A DNA stretch of 63,949 nucleotides, filler included, from Conidiobolus incongruus B7586 (GCA_000697335.1; 31 parts of 31 records of this genome joined end to end with filler, not necessarily neighbours in it), one strand, 5' to 3'. Positions 1-14,428 are shown, numbered from the whole stretch's first letter. Numbers and translations are program-made. Notes: generated from the sequence alone by a model not told the origin.

Positions 1-1699
1 ATATAAAAGATATATTGATAGTTAAGCAAAGTTTTATTCATATAAAATGATAATAAAATTTAAAACTCAGCAAAAAAAAGATTATAATTGTTTTTCATTA
101 CTAAAAGATATATATATATAGGTTTAAATTTATATAGATAAATAATAGTATAGTTATTTAAATATAGTTAATTAAATTATTAATTAGCTTAATTTAGTTA
201 ATTAAATCTTTAATAATAAATTAAAGTGAAAAAATATTAATTAATTATTTTTTATTATAATAATATTACTCCTTTTATATTTTATTAATTAAATAACGTT
301 GTTTTTATTTTTTTTAATTTTCTTAATATAGAATAGATATTTATATGGTTTTTTAATTATGTTAGATGGCTTTTAAGTTACAAATAAAATAGCTATAATA
401 TTTTATATAATAATATGGTTTTTTATGACTTTTTTTATAGGTAAAAATTTAATCAATAAATATTTTTTATTCCCAAAATTATCAAAAATAAGTAATATGA
501 GTCCTTTGAAATTTTAATCATGAAATTTATTTTTAAAATAATAATATAGCTTTAGAAATAAAATATAAAAAACTTGTTAATTTTGATATTATTTTACTAT
601 CTTTAATTTTAAATTTCTAAGTTTAGTATTAATTTTAAAAATATAGAATAGTTTAATCTAGTATAATAAAGTCTTTCTATTTGTGTTATTCTTAGAAATT
701 TACTTAATAAAAAATATATCTATTGTAATTTAAAATATAAACTTGATTTAATTTTTTAATTTTAAAAAACTTTGAATAATTAATTTTTATATAAATTTTT
801 TTGATTTAGATAATTATAAAACTATAAAATAAATTGATTTAAAAATTACTAATTAAAATATAATGGACTTATAAGTTATAATATTCAAGTTGAAATTATT
901 TAATAAGTTGAGATTTTATATATAATTTATGAAATAAAGAGTTAAATTATCAAATTAGTTAATCAAGCTTTTATAGGTATATTATAGATAAAATAAATAA
1001 GATTCTTAATTATCTTAATGAAAATTAATATAATTTTAAAATATATCTATTAAAGTTATAATGACTTTTTCAACTATTTAATTATTAATGATAAATAATA
1101 TTAAGCTTTATAACAAAATTTATTTATTATATTCTAACTTTTTAAATATTTAAAGTAAATTTATAATCTATATTGGTGAAAATAAAAATAGATAATAAAT
1201 ATAATAAAATTATTTCATTAATTAATTAGTTAGCTATTTTAATTTCTTTAATTATTCTGTATGTAAGAATAAAATAAGGAAATCTATTATATAAATCAGC
1301 ATCTATTGAAATATTCTTATAATTTTTTTTAAACTTAAGAATTTCTGTTAATTTGAGTTATATTTAAACTTATAATTTAGAATATAAAAATAAGGAATTT
1401 TATTCACAGATTATTTTTTTATATTATATATAATTATTTAAAAGTTATTATAAGATATATAGTTTTTTTATACTAATTTATATAATTTTGATATAAATTT
1501 TTTGCTTGAATTTTGTTAATAAATTAAATTTAATTTTAATATATATCTAATAAATGATAATAATAATATTGCTCTAAAATCTTGAATTAATAATTAAAAA
1601 CACTAAAAATATATAATTTATTATGATTATATTAAAAACCATATAATAATAAAATAATTAATATTTTTAAGGCATTTTTTTATAATATTTTTCTATTTT

Positions 1700-3046
1700 A
1701 ATTTTGATCATAAAATAAGAATGGATATATTAAAATATTTATTTTTTAAGTTTCATAAAAGTTTTTATTATTTAATTTCAAAATTAAATTAAGTATATTT
1801 ATTAATATAAAATATTTCAAATATATTAAATAATACAAAACTAATAGCCCCTTGTATTATTGATTTTTTTAATACTTCTAATAAACTTCTAATTTCTAAA
1901 AATTAGTTATTTTTATTAGAAACTGACATTTGATATTTCTCAAACCAATTTAAGTTGTTTGTAAATAATTTTTTTCCTATAAGATAATTTTATAATTATC
2001 TAAAACATTTATAATTATATTGGTAATAATTAATTGAATATATTAGATATGATAACTCTCTTAGTTTTTTTTTCATATGGTCTTTTATAAATTTGATTTT
2101 ATATATTTTGTAATAAATATGCAAAATAGTAAATATCATTAATTTATATCAAAAATATTATTTAAAAATTATTTAATATAAAAAATGAATTTATATTTTA
2201 AATTTAATTCAATTTCCTTGAAAAATTCAATAAAAAAATTATATACAACTATAATTCATTAAAATAATTAACATTCAATGATATTTAAAATAATTATTCA
2301 TTGGTATTTATAGAGGGAATTAATTTAAACTAAAACTTTGTTTTTTTTAAGTAATAAATTATATATAAAAATTTAAGGTTGATAAATTACAAGTTTAAAT
2401 TGTAAAAATCTTTGTTATTGGTTTTACCTTAATAATTTTAGTTTAGCTATTATTATTTTAATTTTCTTTTTTTTTTGTTGAAATATATGATATCCATTTA
2501 ATATTTTCATTGATTAATATAAGTTAAAAATTAAATATACTTAATATAATTATAATATTAATATTAAATATCTTGGATAATTTTATAGCTAAAATAAAAA
2601 GGTGGTTTTTAAAATATTATTTTTTACATTGATAAATTAAAGAATAATGATAGTAATAATTAGTTTATTAAAATTTAATAAAATTTTAATAATATCTTTT
2701 TAAATATTAAAATCATATATCAAATAATATATGGTAGTTTTAAATAAATCAACATCTATATAAGCTGTTTGCAAGTTTTAAATATATTTAAAATATTTAT
2801 AGATAAATTTTAAATATATAAAAATACAAAGCTTTTGATAATTATTATTTAATTTCAATGTGATTAAATTTTAATATAAAATATATAATCAAAATATTTT
2901 AATCATAAAAACAATAGGTGAAAATATATATATAATTTGAAAAAATTTATTTGTCTTTATATTTTATATATAAAATTTTTAAAATATATATAGTATTTGA
3001 AAGATTAGAAATTGAAAAATTTGCAATTCTTTGATATTAATACTAA
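1700..3046 (-). mobile_element. Heavily decayed mariner (DD34D) copy, near full length
   Basis: Colinear with the mariner at 40539-41852 (e.g. ctaatagcccc, caaaccaattt, gatatccattt = KWVS, aagctgtttgcaagtttt). TIR-like end at about 3015-3048. Left boundary approximate. Confidence 0.7.
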
Positions 3047-3388
3047 TATTGAATTATAAAACTTTTGGTTGAATATCCAAAAAATAACTTTGTGTTAATT
3101 TACATAAAAATATTTTTTACTTTTATATCAGTTAATACTATTTGGTAACTATTAATTTTCGGAATTAAAATATTAATGGTTTTAAATTAAATATTTTAAA
3201 TCCATTTGTTCTTTAATTATCAATTATAAAATTTTAACAAAGTTATATTTTCAAATTAAATAATTTTTTTACTTTCTATTATTTAACTATTAATATTATC
3301 AATAAATATATCTATAAATATAATTACTAGTTAATTGATACACATTTTGATATTTATTAGAGTTATAAAATTTTTATTAATTATTATA

Positions 3389-3488
3389 NNNNNNNNNNNN
3401 NNNNNNNNNNNNNNNNNNNNNNNNNNNNNNNNTTAATTAATTAANNNNNNNNNNNNNNNNNNNNNNNNNNNNNNNNNNNNNNNNNNNN
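3389..3488. other. Artificial contig-joining linker N44-TTAATTAATTAA-N44 (first of 30)
   Basis: Identical 100-nt block whose core gives stops in all six frames. Starts at 3389, 4510, 5896, 7595, 8891, 12490, 16115, 19458, 20606, 22846, 24711, 26200, 27813, 28957, 30544, 32195, 33912, 35617, 37077, 38636, 40433, 42074, 43476, 44606, 47924, 49242, 50656, 53031, 57097, 62524. Confidence 0.98.
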
Positions 3489-4609
3489 TATTTAGATTTG
3501 ATAGTATCAAAATATCGATTTTTAACATCATATTAATATTGCAAACTATTAAAAATTATCAATATTTTATATTAATAAATGGGAAAATATAAAAAATTAA
3601 TTCAATCAGATATAATTAATTAATATTTTTTAATTATATATATATATATATATTTTTGATTTTCTATTATTAATTTAAATTAAAGGAAAATATCTATTTA
3701 TTTTTTATAATGCTTTATATTATTAACAAAAATTTTGAAAAAAAATTTTAAAATTTAAATACCAGAGTGATTTTTAATCTAATAATTATATTATATAATA
3801 TTAGATTATTTTATTTATTATTATATTTAACTAAACTATATCATTATATATAACTATTATATCAAATATATTATTATCCTATTAGATTAAATAATAGATC
3901 ATGCTTCCAAATTTAATTATTGATAATTAAACCTACCAATATTATAATTGATATTAAAATAAAGTTTTATTCATAAAAAAATTAAATAAAATTATTATGT
4001 ATGGTTTATTTTATATTTATTTTTGAATTGATATCATTTTAATAAAATTTATTAATATTTACATTAATTCATATAAAAAAACTAAATTTAGAAATAAATA
4101 TAATATTTTTATATCATTTTATCAAAATCAAAATAATATAATCTCTTTATTTAATCATAATTAAATTTTTTATTAAATTGAATTTTTATTTCAGATATTG
4201 ATTTTGATTCAAAATTTATATAACTCTAATTATCATCAAATAATGAAATATTACACAATATATATTTTTTGTATTATAATTTAATAATACTTTTCTATTA
4301 TCAAAATATAAAAATATTTTTAATTTTTGGATTTTATTAAATTGAAATTAATATTGATAATCCAAGATCTTATATAATTGTATTATATGAAGATATATTT
4401 AATATATTAATATAAAAATATAAATTTAAATTAAAAATTTTTTTTTTCAAAATTAAATAAAATTATATAAAATATTTATATAGTTTTTTTATTTTATAAT
4501 AATAAATACNNNNNNNNNNNNNNNNNNNNNNNNNNNNNNNNNNNNNNNNNNNNTTAATTAATTAANNNNNNNNNNNNNNNNNNNNNNNNNNNNNNNNNNN
4601 NNNNNNNNN

Positions 4610-4632
4610 CAAATTTAATAGGAAATTATATA

Positions 4633-4664
<32 letters not shown>

Positions 4665-5841
4665 TAATTATTTTGATTAAAAAATTAACTTTTTATAATT
4701 AATTATTTAATTTAATTATAATTAAACTAAATAATAATTTTTAATAGTCTGTTATTTTAATATTAGTAAACTTGAACATAAGTCTTCTAAAATTATTAAA
4801 AATTTACAAGTAGCTTTTGATATTGATGTATTATCTAAATTAATAATTAATTGCCAGGTAAATTATTTTAAGGTTAAGAATGAAATTATCCAAAACCTAT
4901 TAATATTTAAAAGATTAATTTTAATTACTACTCTTTCAATTATTAATAAAATTAAAAAATATATTTAAAAATACCTTTTTATATCATCTAAAAGATTATC
5001 TAAATATTTTAATATTAGTTTTATAAATATTTTATATATATTAAAATTTAAACTCTAATTGATAAATAAAAATATAAAATGGGTATCTTATAATTTAACT
5101 GAATCTCAAAAAAAGCTAAATTAGCTATTGCTAAACAAAATTTATTAAAATATTACCAGAAACCTAAAGTTATAAAATAAATCATTCAATTAATGAATTT
5201 TAAATCCCTAAATATAATCCTTTATCAAAATATAAATTAGGATACTAGTTTAAATTAAATCAACCGTTTCTATAAATTTTTTTAAATAAGTATTTTGTTA
5301 ATAAATAAATATTTATTATTATAATAAATTATAATGATAAATAAAACTCTTATTTAGGTCTTGAGGGAAATTAATTAACTATAAATTTTTATAATTTTTT
5401 AAATAAAAGTAATTTTAATAGATTATTTTAAAAATAATTTGAGAAGATATATTATTTTTCATAATAATTATAAAATATTTAAATCTAAAACTATAAAAAA
5501 CTTTCTAATTAAATATAACTGGAAAAAACTAATATATCCAGTATTTTCCCCAAATTATAATATAGTAGATTATAATTGCTTTTGGTAATTCAAAAACCAG
5601 CTTGTAAGTAAGAAAATTTATATAATAAAATTTAATTAGTTTGTGAAATATCAAATTTCAATTTTTGATAAAAAGAGCTATTTTTTAGATATTAGAAGTT
5701 TGCTAAAAATTTGGCAAAAACCTATTAATGATAAAAAAAACTATTAAATTTATATAATATATTTATTTTTATATATCAGATATTAAAATATTTATTTATT
5801 TTCTATTGCAAAAAATTCCTAATATTAAAAATACAAAGTAA
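4610..5841 (+). mobile_element. Mutated mariner (DD34D) copy
   Basis: aaatgggtatcttataatttaactgaa (KWVSYNLTE, WVPHEL-like) at about 5078 and tatccagtattttccccaaattat (HPxYSPD-like) at about 5535. 3' TIR ttgcaaaaaattcctaatattaaaaatacaaagtaa followed by TA. Confidence 0.85.
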
Positions 5842-5995
5842 TATTATAATAAATCAAATAATTAAGAATTTTAATTTTTTTTATATTAATATAATNNNNN
5901 NNNNNNNNNNNNNNNNNNNNNNNNNNNNNNNNNNNNNNNTTAATTAATTAANNNNNNNNNNNNNNNNNNNNNNNNNNNNNNNNNNNNNNNNNNNN

Positions 5996-6907
5996 TTTTT
6001 TTTATTTATTTATAAAATGAAAAAAAAATATTAAAGCGTATTTTTTTATTTTAGCTAGAAAATTATTAAAATATTTGAATATTAGTTATATAAGTATTTT
6101 GTATATATTAAAGCTTAAATTAAAATTTATTAATAAAAATATAAAATGGGTATCTTATAATTTAACTAAAGCTTAATATAAAGTAATAATAACTATTATT
6201 AAATAAAACTTACTAAGGTATAGCTAGAAACCAAAGTTTGTAAAGTAAATTATTATAATTGATAAATCCTAGGTTTTTTTATATAATCTTTTATCACAAT
6301 ATAAATCAGAATATTAGATTTAGCTAAATCAACTCCTTTTATAAATTCCTTTAATTAAATATTTTATGGATAGAAAAGTATAAATTATTATAATAAATTA
6401 TAATAGAATATGTTATTTTTATTTAATTTTTAAAGGATTACTAATTAATTGTAAACTTTATATTTTTTTTAAATAAAATCTTTTAAATTGATACTTTTAA
6501 TATAATTTGAAAAGACTTATTATTTTGCATGATAATTACAAAATATATATATCTAAAGTTATAAAAACTTTCTAATTAAAAGTAATTGGAGAAAACTAGC
6601 ATATCTAGTATATTGCTTAAATTATAATTTATGTGATTATAATTGTTTTAGGTAATTAAAAAAACAACTTATAAGAAAGAAAATTTCTATAGGAAAAATT
6701 AATTAATTAGTAAAATATTAAATTTTAGTCTTTCATAAAAAAATTATATTGTAAGTGTTAAATCTTTTCTAAAATTATGATAAAAAGTTATTAAAAACTA
6801 AAAAAAATTATTAAAGTTATTGTAAATACTTATTTTTACTTATTATATATTAAAATGTATATTTTTGTTAATTGCAAAAAATTCCTAATATTTAAATTAT
6901 AAAGTAA
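5996..6907 (+). mobile_element. Mutated mariner (DD34D), 3' two-thirds
   Basis: KWVSYNL at about 6144, ttgcatgataat (LHDN) at about 6525, tgtgattat (CDY) at about 6632. 3' TIR ends at 6907 followed by TA. Confidence 0.85.
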
Positions 6908-7594
6908 TAATTAAAAAGTTAAATATTTTAAAAAAGATATAAAATTATTTTATAGCTATTAAAATAATTTAACTTAAAAATAAAATAATATATAAATTAT
7001 TTTTTTGGTTATATAATATTTTTAACTTTGAAATATCTTTATAAGGTTAATAAAGGAATCAATACTAAGATATACTAGAGTATTTTAAATAATAAATTGA
7101 AAACAACTAATATATAATATAAGTTAAACAAATCTAATGTTATTTTTTAATAAAATTATATCTTTTATTATATTCTAATGTTTATTATATAATAATGTAA
7201 GGATATTAAAATAAAAATTATAAAATAATTTTTTGAATCTTTTACCTTTAATAAAATTAAATAATTCTAATATTAATTAAAAAAATTATTAAAATTTTCT
7301 TTTTAACAAAAAATTTAAATTAGTTTTAAAAATATATTAAAGAAATATAAAATAAAATTAATTTTTTTAATATAAAAAGTCTATTAATTTTTGAATCTTA
7401 TTAATTTAAATAAGTTAAAAAAGTTAAAGATAGATATACTAGGTTTTAGTTCTATTTTGTTATCAAAAATTTATAAATCAATAACTTATTAAAAATAAAA
7501 TTTAATGGTTAATATATTAACCAATTAATATTTAAATATTAATATTTAATGATTTATATTATTAATAAATATATATAATTTTAATTATTAAATT
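6908..7594 (+). mobile_element. Decayed Tc1 (DD34E) 3' half, host of the preceding mariner
   Basis: Aligns with 55685-56330 (aaggaatcaatactaagatatac = GINxxxY; aaagatagatatactaggttttag = C-terminal K(G)(G)YTRF* relic). Confidence 0.75.
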
Positions 7595-7694
7595 NNNNNN
7601 NNNNNNNNNNNNNNNNNNNNNNNNNNNNNNNNNNNNNNTTAATTAATTAANNNNNNNNNNNNNNNNNNNNNNNNNNNNNNNNNNNNNNNNNNNN

Positions 7695-8793
7695 ATAATA
7701 ATAAATATACATTTAAACTTAAATTTAAGTATATAAAAATTATAAATAAATATAATAAGAACTATATCTATAAGTTAATTAATATAAACAAATATAATAT
7801 TATTATAGAAATATAATAAGAGTTATAAAATTATAATAGAATATTAGTTAACATTATTATTATACATACTTTATATTAATATAAATGCCACTTATATTTT
7901 AAGAAACAATATTTTAATCAAAAAAATTTTACTATAAAACTAAATAAAAGTTTAAATATAACTATTAATATTAAATTAAAACTAATTAGAATGAGGTTAT
8001 TTAATTTAATAAAAAAAATATTTTAATAAATTTAATAAAAAAATTAAATTTTAAAAATAATATAAAATTACTTTATAAATATTATATTAATTTTACTTAA
8101 AAGTAATTGATAAGTTAATTATTATTTAAGGATATATGCTATTTTGAAATGTAAAATATTTTTGTAAAGTTAATAAAGGAATTAATATTAAGATATATTA
8201 AACTATTTTAAATAATAAATTAAAAAACTATTAAAATATATAAGTTAAATAAATTTAATATTAATTTTTAGTAAGATAATGTTTTTTATTATATTATAGC
8301 TTTTTCTACTAAATAGTTTAAAAATAACAACATAATAGTTATAAAATAGCTTTTTTAATTTTTAATCTGAACTTAATTAAATACCATTAAGATTAATTAA
8401 AAAAAGCTATTAAAACTTTCCTTTTAACAAAAAATTTAAATTAGTGTTAAAAATATATTTAAAAAGTATAAAATAAAATTAGCCCTTTTTAATATAAGAA
8501 GTTATTTGTTTTATACCTTATAAACTTAAAGTAGTTAAAAAAACTAAAAATAAATATACTAAGTTTTAATTTTTTTTATCACCAAAAACCTAAAAATTTA
8601 TAACTTACTTTAAGTAAAATTTAAGGGTTTATATTTTAACCAATAATAATTAAATATCATCATTTAATAATATATATTATTAATATATATAATAGATTTT
8701 AATTATTTAATTTATATTTATTTTATTAAATATTAATTTAATAATAAAAATATAAGTGGTTTAGATTTTATAAATTGTTTTTATAGGTTAGTA
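7695..8793 (+). mobile_element. Mutated Tc1 (DD34E) copy, 5' truncated by gap
   Basis: Colinear with 53340-54452. 3' terminus attttataaattgtttttataggttagta followed by TA at 8794. Confidence 0.85.
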
Positions 8794-8990
8794 TATAAAA
8801 ATATATTTATATATAAACTCTAATTATATTAATAACATTTTATATTAAATAAATTAGTATTTTTGATTATTGTTTTTGATATATAATTAANNNNNNNNNN
8901 NNNNNNNNNNNNNNNNNNNNNNNNNNNNNNNNNNTTAATTAATTAANNNNNNNNNNNNNNNNNNNNNNNNNNNNNNNNNNNNNNNNNNNN

Positions 8991-9500
8991 AAGTATTTTA
9001 TTTATAAATAAATAAGAACTATATTAGTTCAATTAAATAATATATAGTTTTTTTATTAATTATTAATAATTAATTAATTCAAAGTAATTATATTTTTATT
9101 AAATCAAAATTATTTTAATTTGGTATTTTTAATAAATTTAAAAATTTACTATTTCATATATTAATTTAAAAGTATATATAGTTGAAATTATGAAAAAATC
9201 TATAATAAAAAATAATTGGAAAATTATAGCATATATAAAATATTCATTAAATTATAACCTATATAATTATAATTATATTAGGCAATTAAAGAAAATTATT
9301 CTTATAAAAAAATAAATTTTTGTATACTAATTTAAATAGCTTGTAAAATACTAAATTTCCGTCTTTAATAAAAAGAATTGTTTTTTAGTTATTAGAATTT
9401 TATCAAAAATATAGCAAAGAGTTAACAATAGTACAAGAGAATATTAATTTTATATAAAATAATTTGTAAATTATATATTCCAAATTATTTTCAATTTTAA
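8991..9500 (+). mobile_element. Decayed mariner 3' fragment
   Basis: aataattggaaa...attataacctatataattataatt...atagcaaagagtt matches the mariner C-terminal region of 63510-63760. Confidence 0.6.
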
Positions 9501-10324
9501 TTTATAAAATGAAGATCAAATTTCCTTTAATATTTATATTCATTATATTTTTAAGTGTTCAAAATTAATTATACATATATATTTAAGGGTGATTACATAT
9601 TGATAAAACTCATTTTAGTATAAGATGCTATTTATTGATAAATTCTTAATATCAAATTTTTACATTATTTTGAAAAAAATTCTCCGAATCAAAGTACATC
9701 AATCTTAATAAATTGATGAAACACTTAATAATTTTAATTATCATAATAAAAATGACTAAGAAAATGTGAAAAGAGTACAATTGTTAAAGTCTAAATAATT
9801 ATAAGTCAAAGATCACGAACCAAAATAGCATTCTGATAAATTATTAAGACTAAAGTTGAGCATTTTAAAATTTTTTAATTTAATATCAAAAATTTTCATA
9901 TTGGTTGATTTATTTTTAATACAAAGATTTTCAAAAAATTTTTTGCAAGTTATTAAATTCATTTCAAAAATTTTCAATTCTTTGAATTCGCAATTATTTA
10001 TTATATTAATTAAAATATTAAGTTCAAAATCTTTAAATAATATATTAAATATATTATCAGTGCCATTAATAAGTATTAATTGTAATATATTTATTGTTTT
10101 TATTAGTTTTTACTATTATAGTAATTGATATTAATTTAAAATAATTCAGGACTATAATAATTATAGATGGTTAATTAATAAAATTGTCAAAAATAATCCC
10201 CAAGATAGTAAGTTATTGGATTAATTAAAAAGGGGTGATTTGAATAAAAATTTGAAGGAAAATTCATTAATTTTCTAATCATTATTGTATGCTGAAAGAA
10301 AAATAATTGGATAAATAAAAATAG

Positions 10325-10396
10325 AGGGCGCAGTCGGATTTGAACCAACGACCTATCGATCTGCAGTCGATTGCTCTACCACTGAGCTATACGCCC
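10325..10396 (-). tRNA. tRNA-Cys (GCA), intronless
   Basis: Minus strand GGGCGTATAGCTCAGTGGTAGAGCAATCGACTGCAGATCGATAGGTCGTTGGTTCAAATCCGACTGCGCCCT, 72 nt. Paired acceptor stem, anticodon arm ATCGA-CTGCAGA-TCGAT, GGTTCAAATCC T-arm, U73 discriminator, no encoded CCA, downstream T-run typical of a Pol III terminator. Confidence 0.97.
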
Positions 10397-10815
10397 ATAC
10401 CATTTCTTATACAATTATCCCTAAAATATTAATAGAAATACCACAATTCATACTATTATCTATTTAACAACTATCAATCATAATTATTAATTCAATTTTT
10501 TTTTATTTTTGCTTTTATATATATTTGAAACTTTCAATTACCAATTATTAAATAAAATTTCATTTTATTTTATAATATTCATCAACATTCATCATCAATG
10601 AATTAATACTATAAAATATTAATTAATATACCTCTTATAATTAAATTATCACTATATATATACCCAAGTAAAAAATTTTCATTATAATTATTTAAAATTT
10701 AATTTCAAAATTTCCCCAGCCTTCAAGCCAATAAAATCCATATCAGTTAGATATTTCAATGAACCAATCACAAAGCACCAAATCAACCTATAATCTCTAA
10801 ACCCATAATATCAAG

Positions 10816-10823
10816 TCACGTCA
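10816..10823 (-). promoter_or_regulatory. TGACGTGA bZIP (UPRE/CRE-like) site upstream of SWP1
   Basis: tcacgtca about 80 nt upstream of the ATG, with CCAAT boxes at about 10729 and 10764. Motif match only. Confidence 0.3.
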
Positions 10824-10898
10824 ACAATTTATTCAAAATTATATTCAATTCAAGTCTTAAAACTTAATAAAAATTCATTAAAACAAAAATTATTCAAA

Positions 10899-11866
10899 AT
10901 GAAACTAAAAAATTTGATATTATTAAGTACTCAAATAATTTCTACTTTATGTGAAATTCAATTAGATAATTTTAAATTTTCTGTAACCGACCCTACTGGT
11001 GAATCCAAAATTTTTGAAAAGTAAATAATATATGAAATTAAAAAGATGTGTATTAATTTAAAATAGGTTGAAGTATCCTAATGGTTTGGATCATGTGTTA
11101 GATTTGCAAAGTCAGGAAGTGATTAGAATCAGCTATAATTTGAAGAAGGGTGAAGATCAATTACCAGCTGTTGTACCTTACTCTACTTTGGTATTGGAGA
11201 GCTCCGACTCCAAGCTCTATTCCTATCACAATGTTCAGAGTGGCAAAGCCGGTCAATATAAATTAAATTTGGTAATTTTAGAAATTCTGTTATTAAGATT
11301 CTATTCTAATTGGTATTTAGGCTGTTAAAAGTATTTCCAAATCTGTTAGAAATAGTGGAGAACTTGTGAATATTTATCTACTTATCGGTGCTTCTTCAGA
11401 TTCTAAACCAATTAGGTATAAATTGGGTGCTTTGAACCTTCCCAAATCTAAGACTGACGATTTTGAACACAATACTTTTGGTCCTCAGCCTTTGATCCAC
11501 CATACTTTTAGACCAGATGAAAAAGTACCACCAGTAGTTCTCTCCTACATCTTTTCCGGACTCGTACTCGCTCCTTGGGCTCTCTTAATCATTGGCGTAA
11601 GTCCGAATCTTTTCATCTCAATATTCAATAACTAACTCCAATTTTAGTGGAATCATTTAGGACTCAATTTCAAGCGATTCCCCACCACTGATCCCTCCAA
11701 AGCCCTCTTAAACGTTGGCTTTTTATGCACTTTATTCGCTTATACAATCCTCAACTACCAGTATTGGACAGTACTCAATGTCTTCCAAACTCTTTACTAC
11801 TTTGCAATCATTACTTGTGTCTCTTTACCACTTGGTTACCTTACTTTAAAAAACCATTATCATTAA
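10899..11866 (+). CDS. SWP1: Oligosaccharyltransferase subunit Swp1 / ribophorin II (short fungal form), 273 aa, 4 exons
   Basis: Exons 10899-11020, 11067-11271, 11321-11596, 11648-11866. GT-AG introns of 46, 49 and 51 nt join in frame (822 nt). Signal peptide MKLKNLILLSTQIISTLC, family motif FGPQPLIHHTFRPDEKVPP, three C-terminal TM segments with YWTVLNVFQTL. Explains track ORFs 11068 and 11366. Confidence 0.92.
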
Positions 11867-14428
11867 TTTTTAGAATAATGTGGTTTAGCGAACAATGAAT
11901 AGTTATTAATTATTGCAAATATTTTTATAATTTGAAACATTTATTGATTGTTTCTTATACTAATATTAATTATAAATCTTATATATATCAAATTAAAATA
12001 TAATATTTAAATCTTTTTATAACACTTTAATTATTTATCAAATTCATAAAACTATTTTAAACTTAAATCATTACAATTTTCAAAATATTTAAATTATCAT
12101 TTATTTAATAAATTTGATATTACTTGAATATTATAAAAGTAATAATATTTATAAGACTGATTTACTCAATCTATTCAAATATTTTTTTTTCAATATTGTA
12201 ATTTGTAATTTTTCAAGAAAAAAACTAAAATAATTATTTTTAATCAATAGGTCAAATTTTAAATTAATTATTTTTAATTATTCAAATAATTTTAATCAAT
12301 ATATTTTATAAATTAATTTTTGTTCAATTTATTTAAAACAATAATAAAAATAGCTATAATAATAAATATATTAATTAATTAACCTTTTGAATACCTTAAA
12401 TTATTAATTAAATTTATTAAATTTTTATTTCAATATTATGTTATTTATTTTTCAAAAAAATATTAACTAGTTTTTTATTAATATAATTANNNNNNNNNNN
12501 NNNNNNNNNNNNNNNNNNNNNNNNNNNNNNNNNTTAATTAATTAANNNNNNNNNNNNNNNNNNNNNNNNNNNNNNNNNNNNNNNNNNNNAAATTATATCA
12601 AAAACCTTATTTTTATTTAATTATCATATTAATTAATTATTTTTGAAATATAATTTTATATTATAAAATTTTAATTAAATTAAGTTAAAATTAGATAATA
12701 AATGTTGAAATATTATATTCGAAAATATTATTTAAGTTTTATATATTTAAATTATTTTATAATATTTTCAAATACTCTTATTAAATTAATTTGCTATTTT
12801 AATATTAAAGTTCATTAAAAAATATATATATTTTTTATTTTTATAATTAATAAAGTTAAGAATATTATTTGATTTTTGCATAATCATTTAAATATATCAA
12901 TATTGATTAATAATTAATTTATAGATATTAATCCAACTATTTGTATTTAAAATTCTTGATTTATTTTATTTTATATAATCTATTTTTAAAAGATTCATAT
13001 AAAATAAATTAAAACCAAATTAATTCAATTTATTATTAAATATTCAAAATTACACAAATGATGAAATTTATAATAATATATTTGGTTTGAAATACATTAT
13101 TTTTTTTAATTAAGCATTATAGATCAATGGTAACAAAAGTAATTAAAAATTTCAATATTATATACTGATATATTGAATTTTTAATACTCCTTGTAAAGTC
13201 ATAAAATATTATGAATTCAGGTGTTTAATTTTTAATTATCAATTTGAAATTTACAATTGAGAAAATAGTACTTATATTTTAAAACAATCATATATAAATA
13301 TATTTTATCAGTAAACATATTATAAAAGCTGATTTTATATATATATCATTCTTTAGAATAAATCAAAATTAACTTCATTATTCATTTTAAATTAAATAAA
13401 CTTTAGCAAAAGTAAACAAAATATTAAATTTTTAAGAAAGTGCATTTGATTGAATACTCACATAAGAAAAGATAGAATTGTGAAGAATAATTTTGATGAC
13501 AATTTGTTATTTAATCAATAGATACAATTAGTAAATTTGAATTATCTTCAAATGTTTAATAGATGAATTCAATAATTGCATGAATAATCTACAAAATCAT
13601 TTTGTAATTAAAAACTAATTATGTAATAATTACATTAGATTATAAAATATATTTTGATTTTATCAAAATTATTATTCAAAAAATTATATAATATATTTAC
13701 CCTTGTTCCAAACTAATAGCTTTATATATTGATTATGCATTAGATTCAAATGACAATGTTATTTTTTTAGTTTATAATAACATTGCTTGATTTGAACTTC
13801 CAGATGCAAAATCTATCCATATTATAAGGTTATAATATTATAAAAATGGGTAAATACGGAATTCCTAAAGGAGTCGCATCTACATTCCAGTCCGCTGAAG
13901 ATAGATAAAGCAATTATACAGGGGAAAAAAATCTTATTTTCAAATTCAGAGTGCTGGAAATAAATTTGGTCATTTTGAAATTGGCGGTAAGAGATGCATC
14001 TGAAATTGAGTCTATCAAGAATCATAGTCGTTATTTCACTGGAGCCGCAAGAAATAACTCACAATTCGAAATCCAAGGTGATAAAAGTGGATAATAATTA
14101 TTCAAGGGTTCTTCTATTTGGCCATTTTTTTCAATTTTTCATCTATTTTAATAAGTAAAAAATATTATTTACACTTGATTTATTATTCGATATCAATTAA
14201 AATAAAATGATAATATTATACAATAATAAATATTTTAATTTGTAATTTTTAAAATAAAAATGAAATAATTTTTTTAAATCTTTTATTATGGGAAAATTAT
14301 GAAAATAATTCATAAATCTTGCAAAATTTGATCAAAAAATGAAATCATACACTAAAATTATTAGTATTTAAATGGTCAAGTTAGCTTAAAACAAAATACA
14401 TGAAAATTTAAATATTAAATTGATTATA

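Noticed and set aside
9856..10128. 90-aa ORF
   Set aside because: TTG start and F/I/L/K/N-only composition typical of chance ORFs in AT-rich DNA.
13822..14025. 67-aa ORF as a CDS
   Set aside because: No recognisable similarity. The region is kept only as an unexplained GC island.
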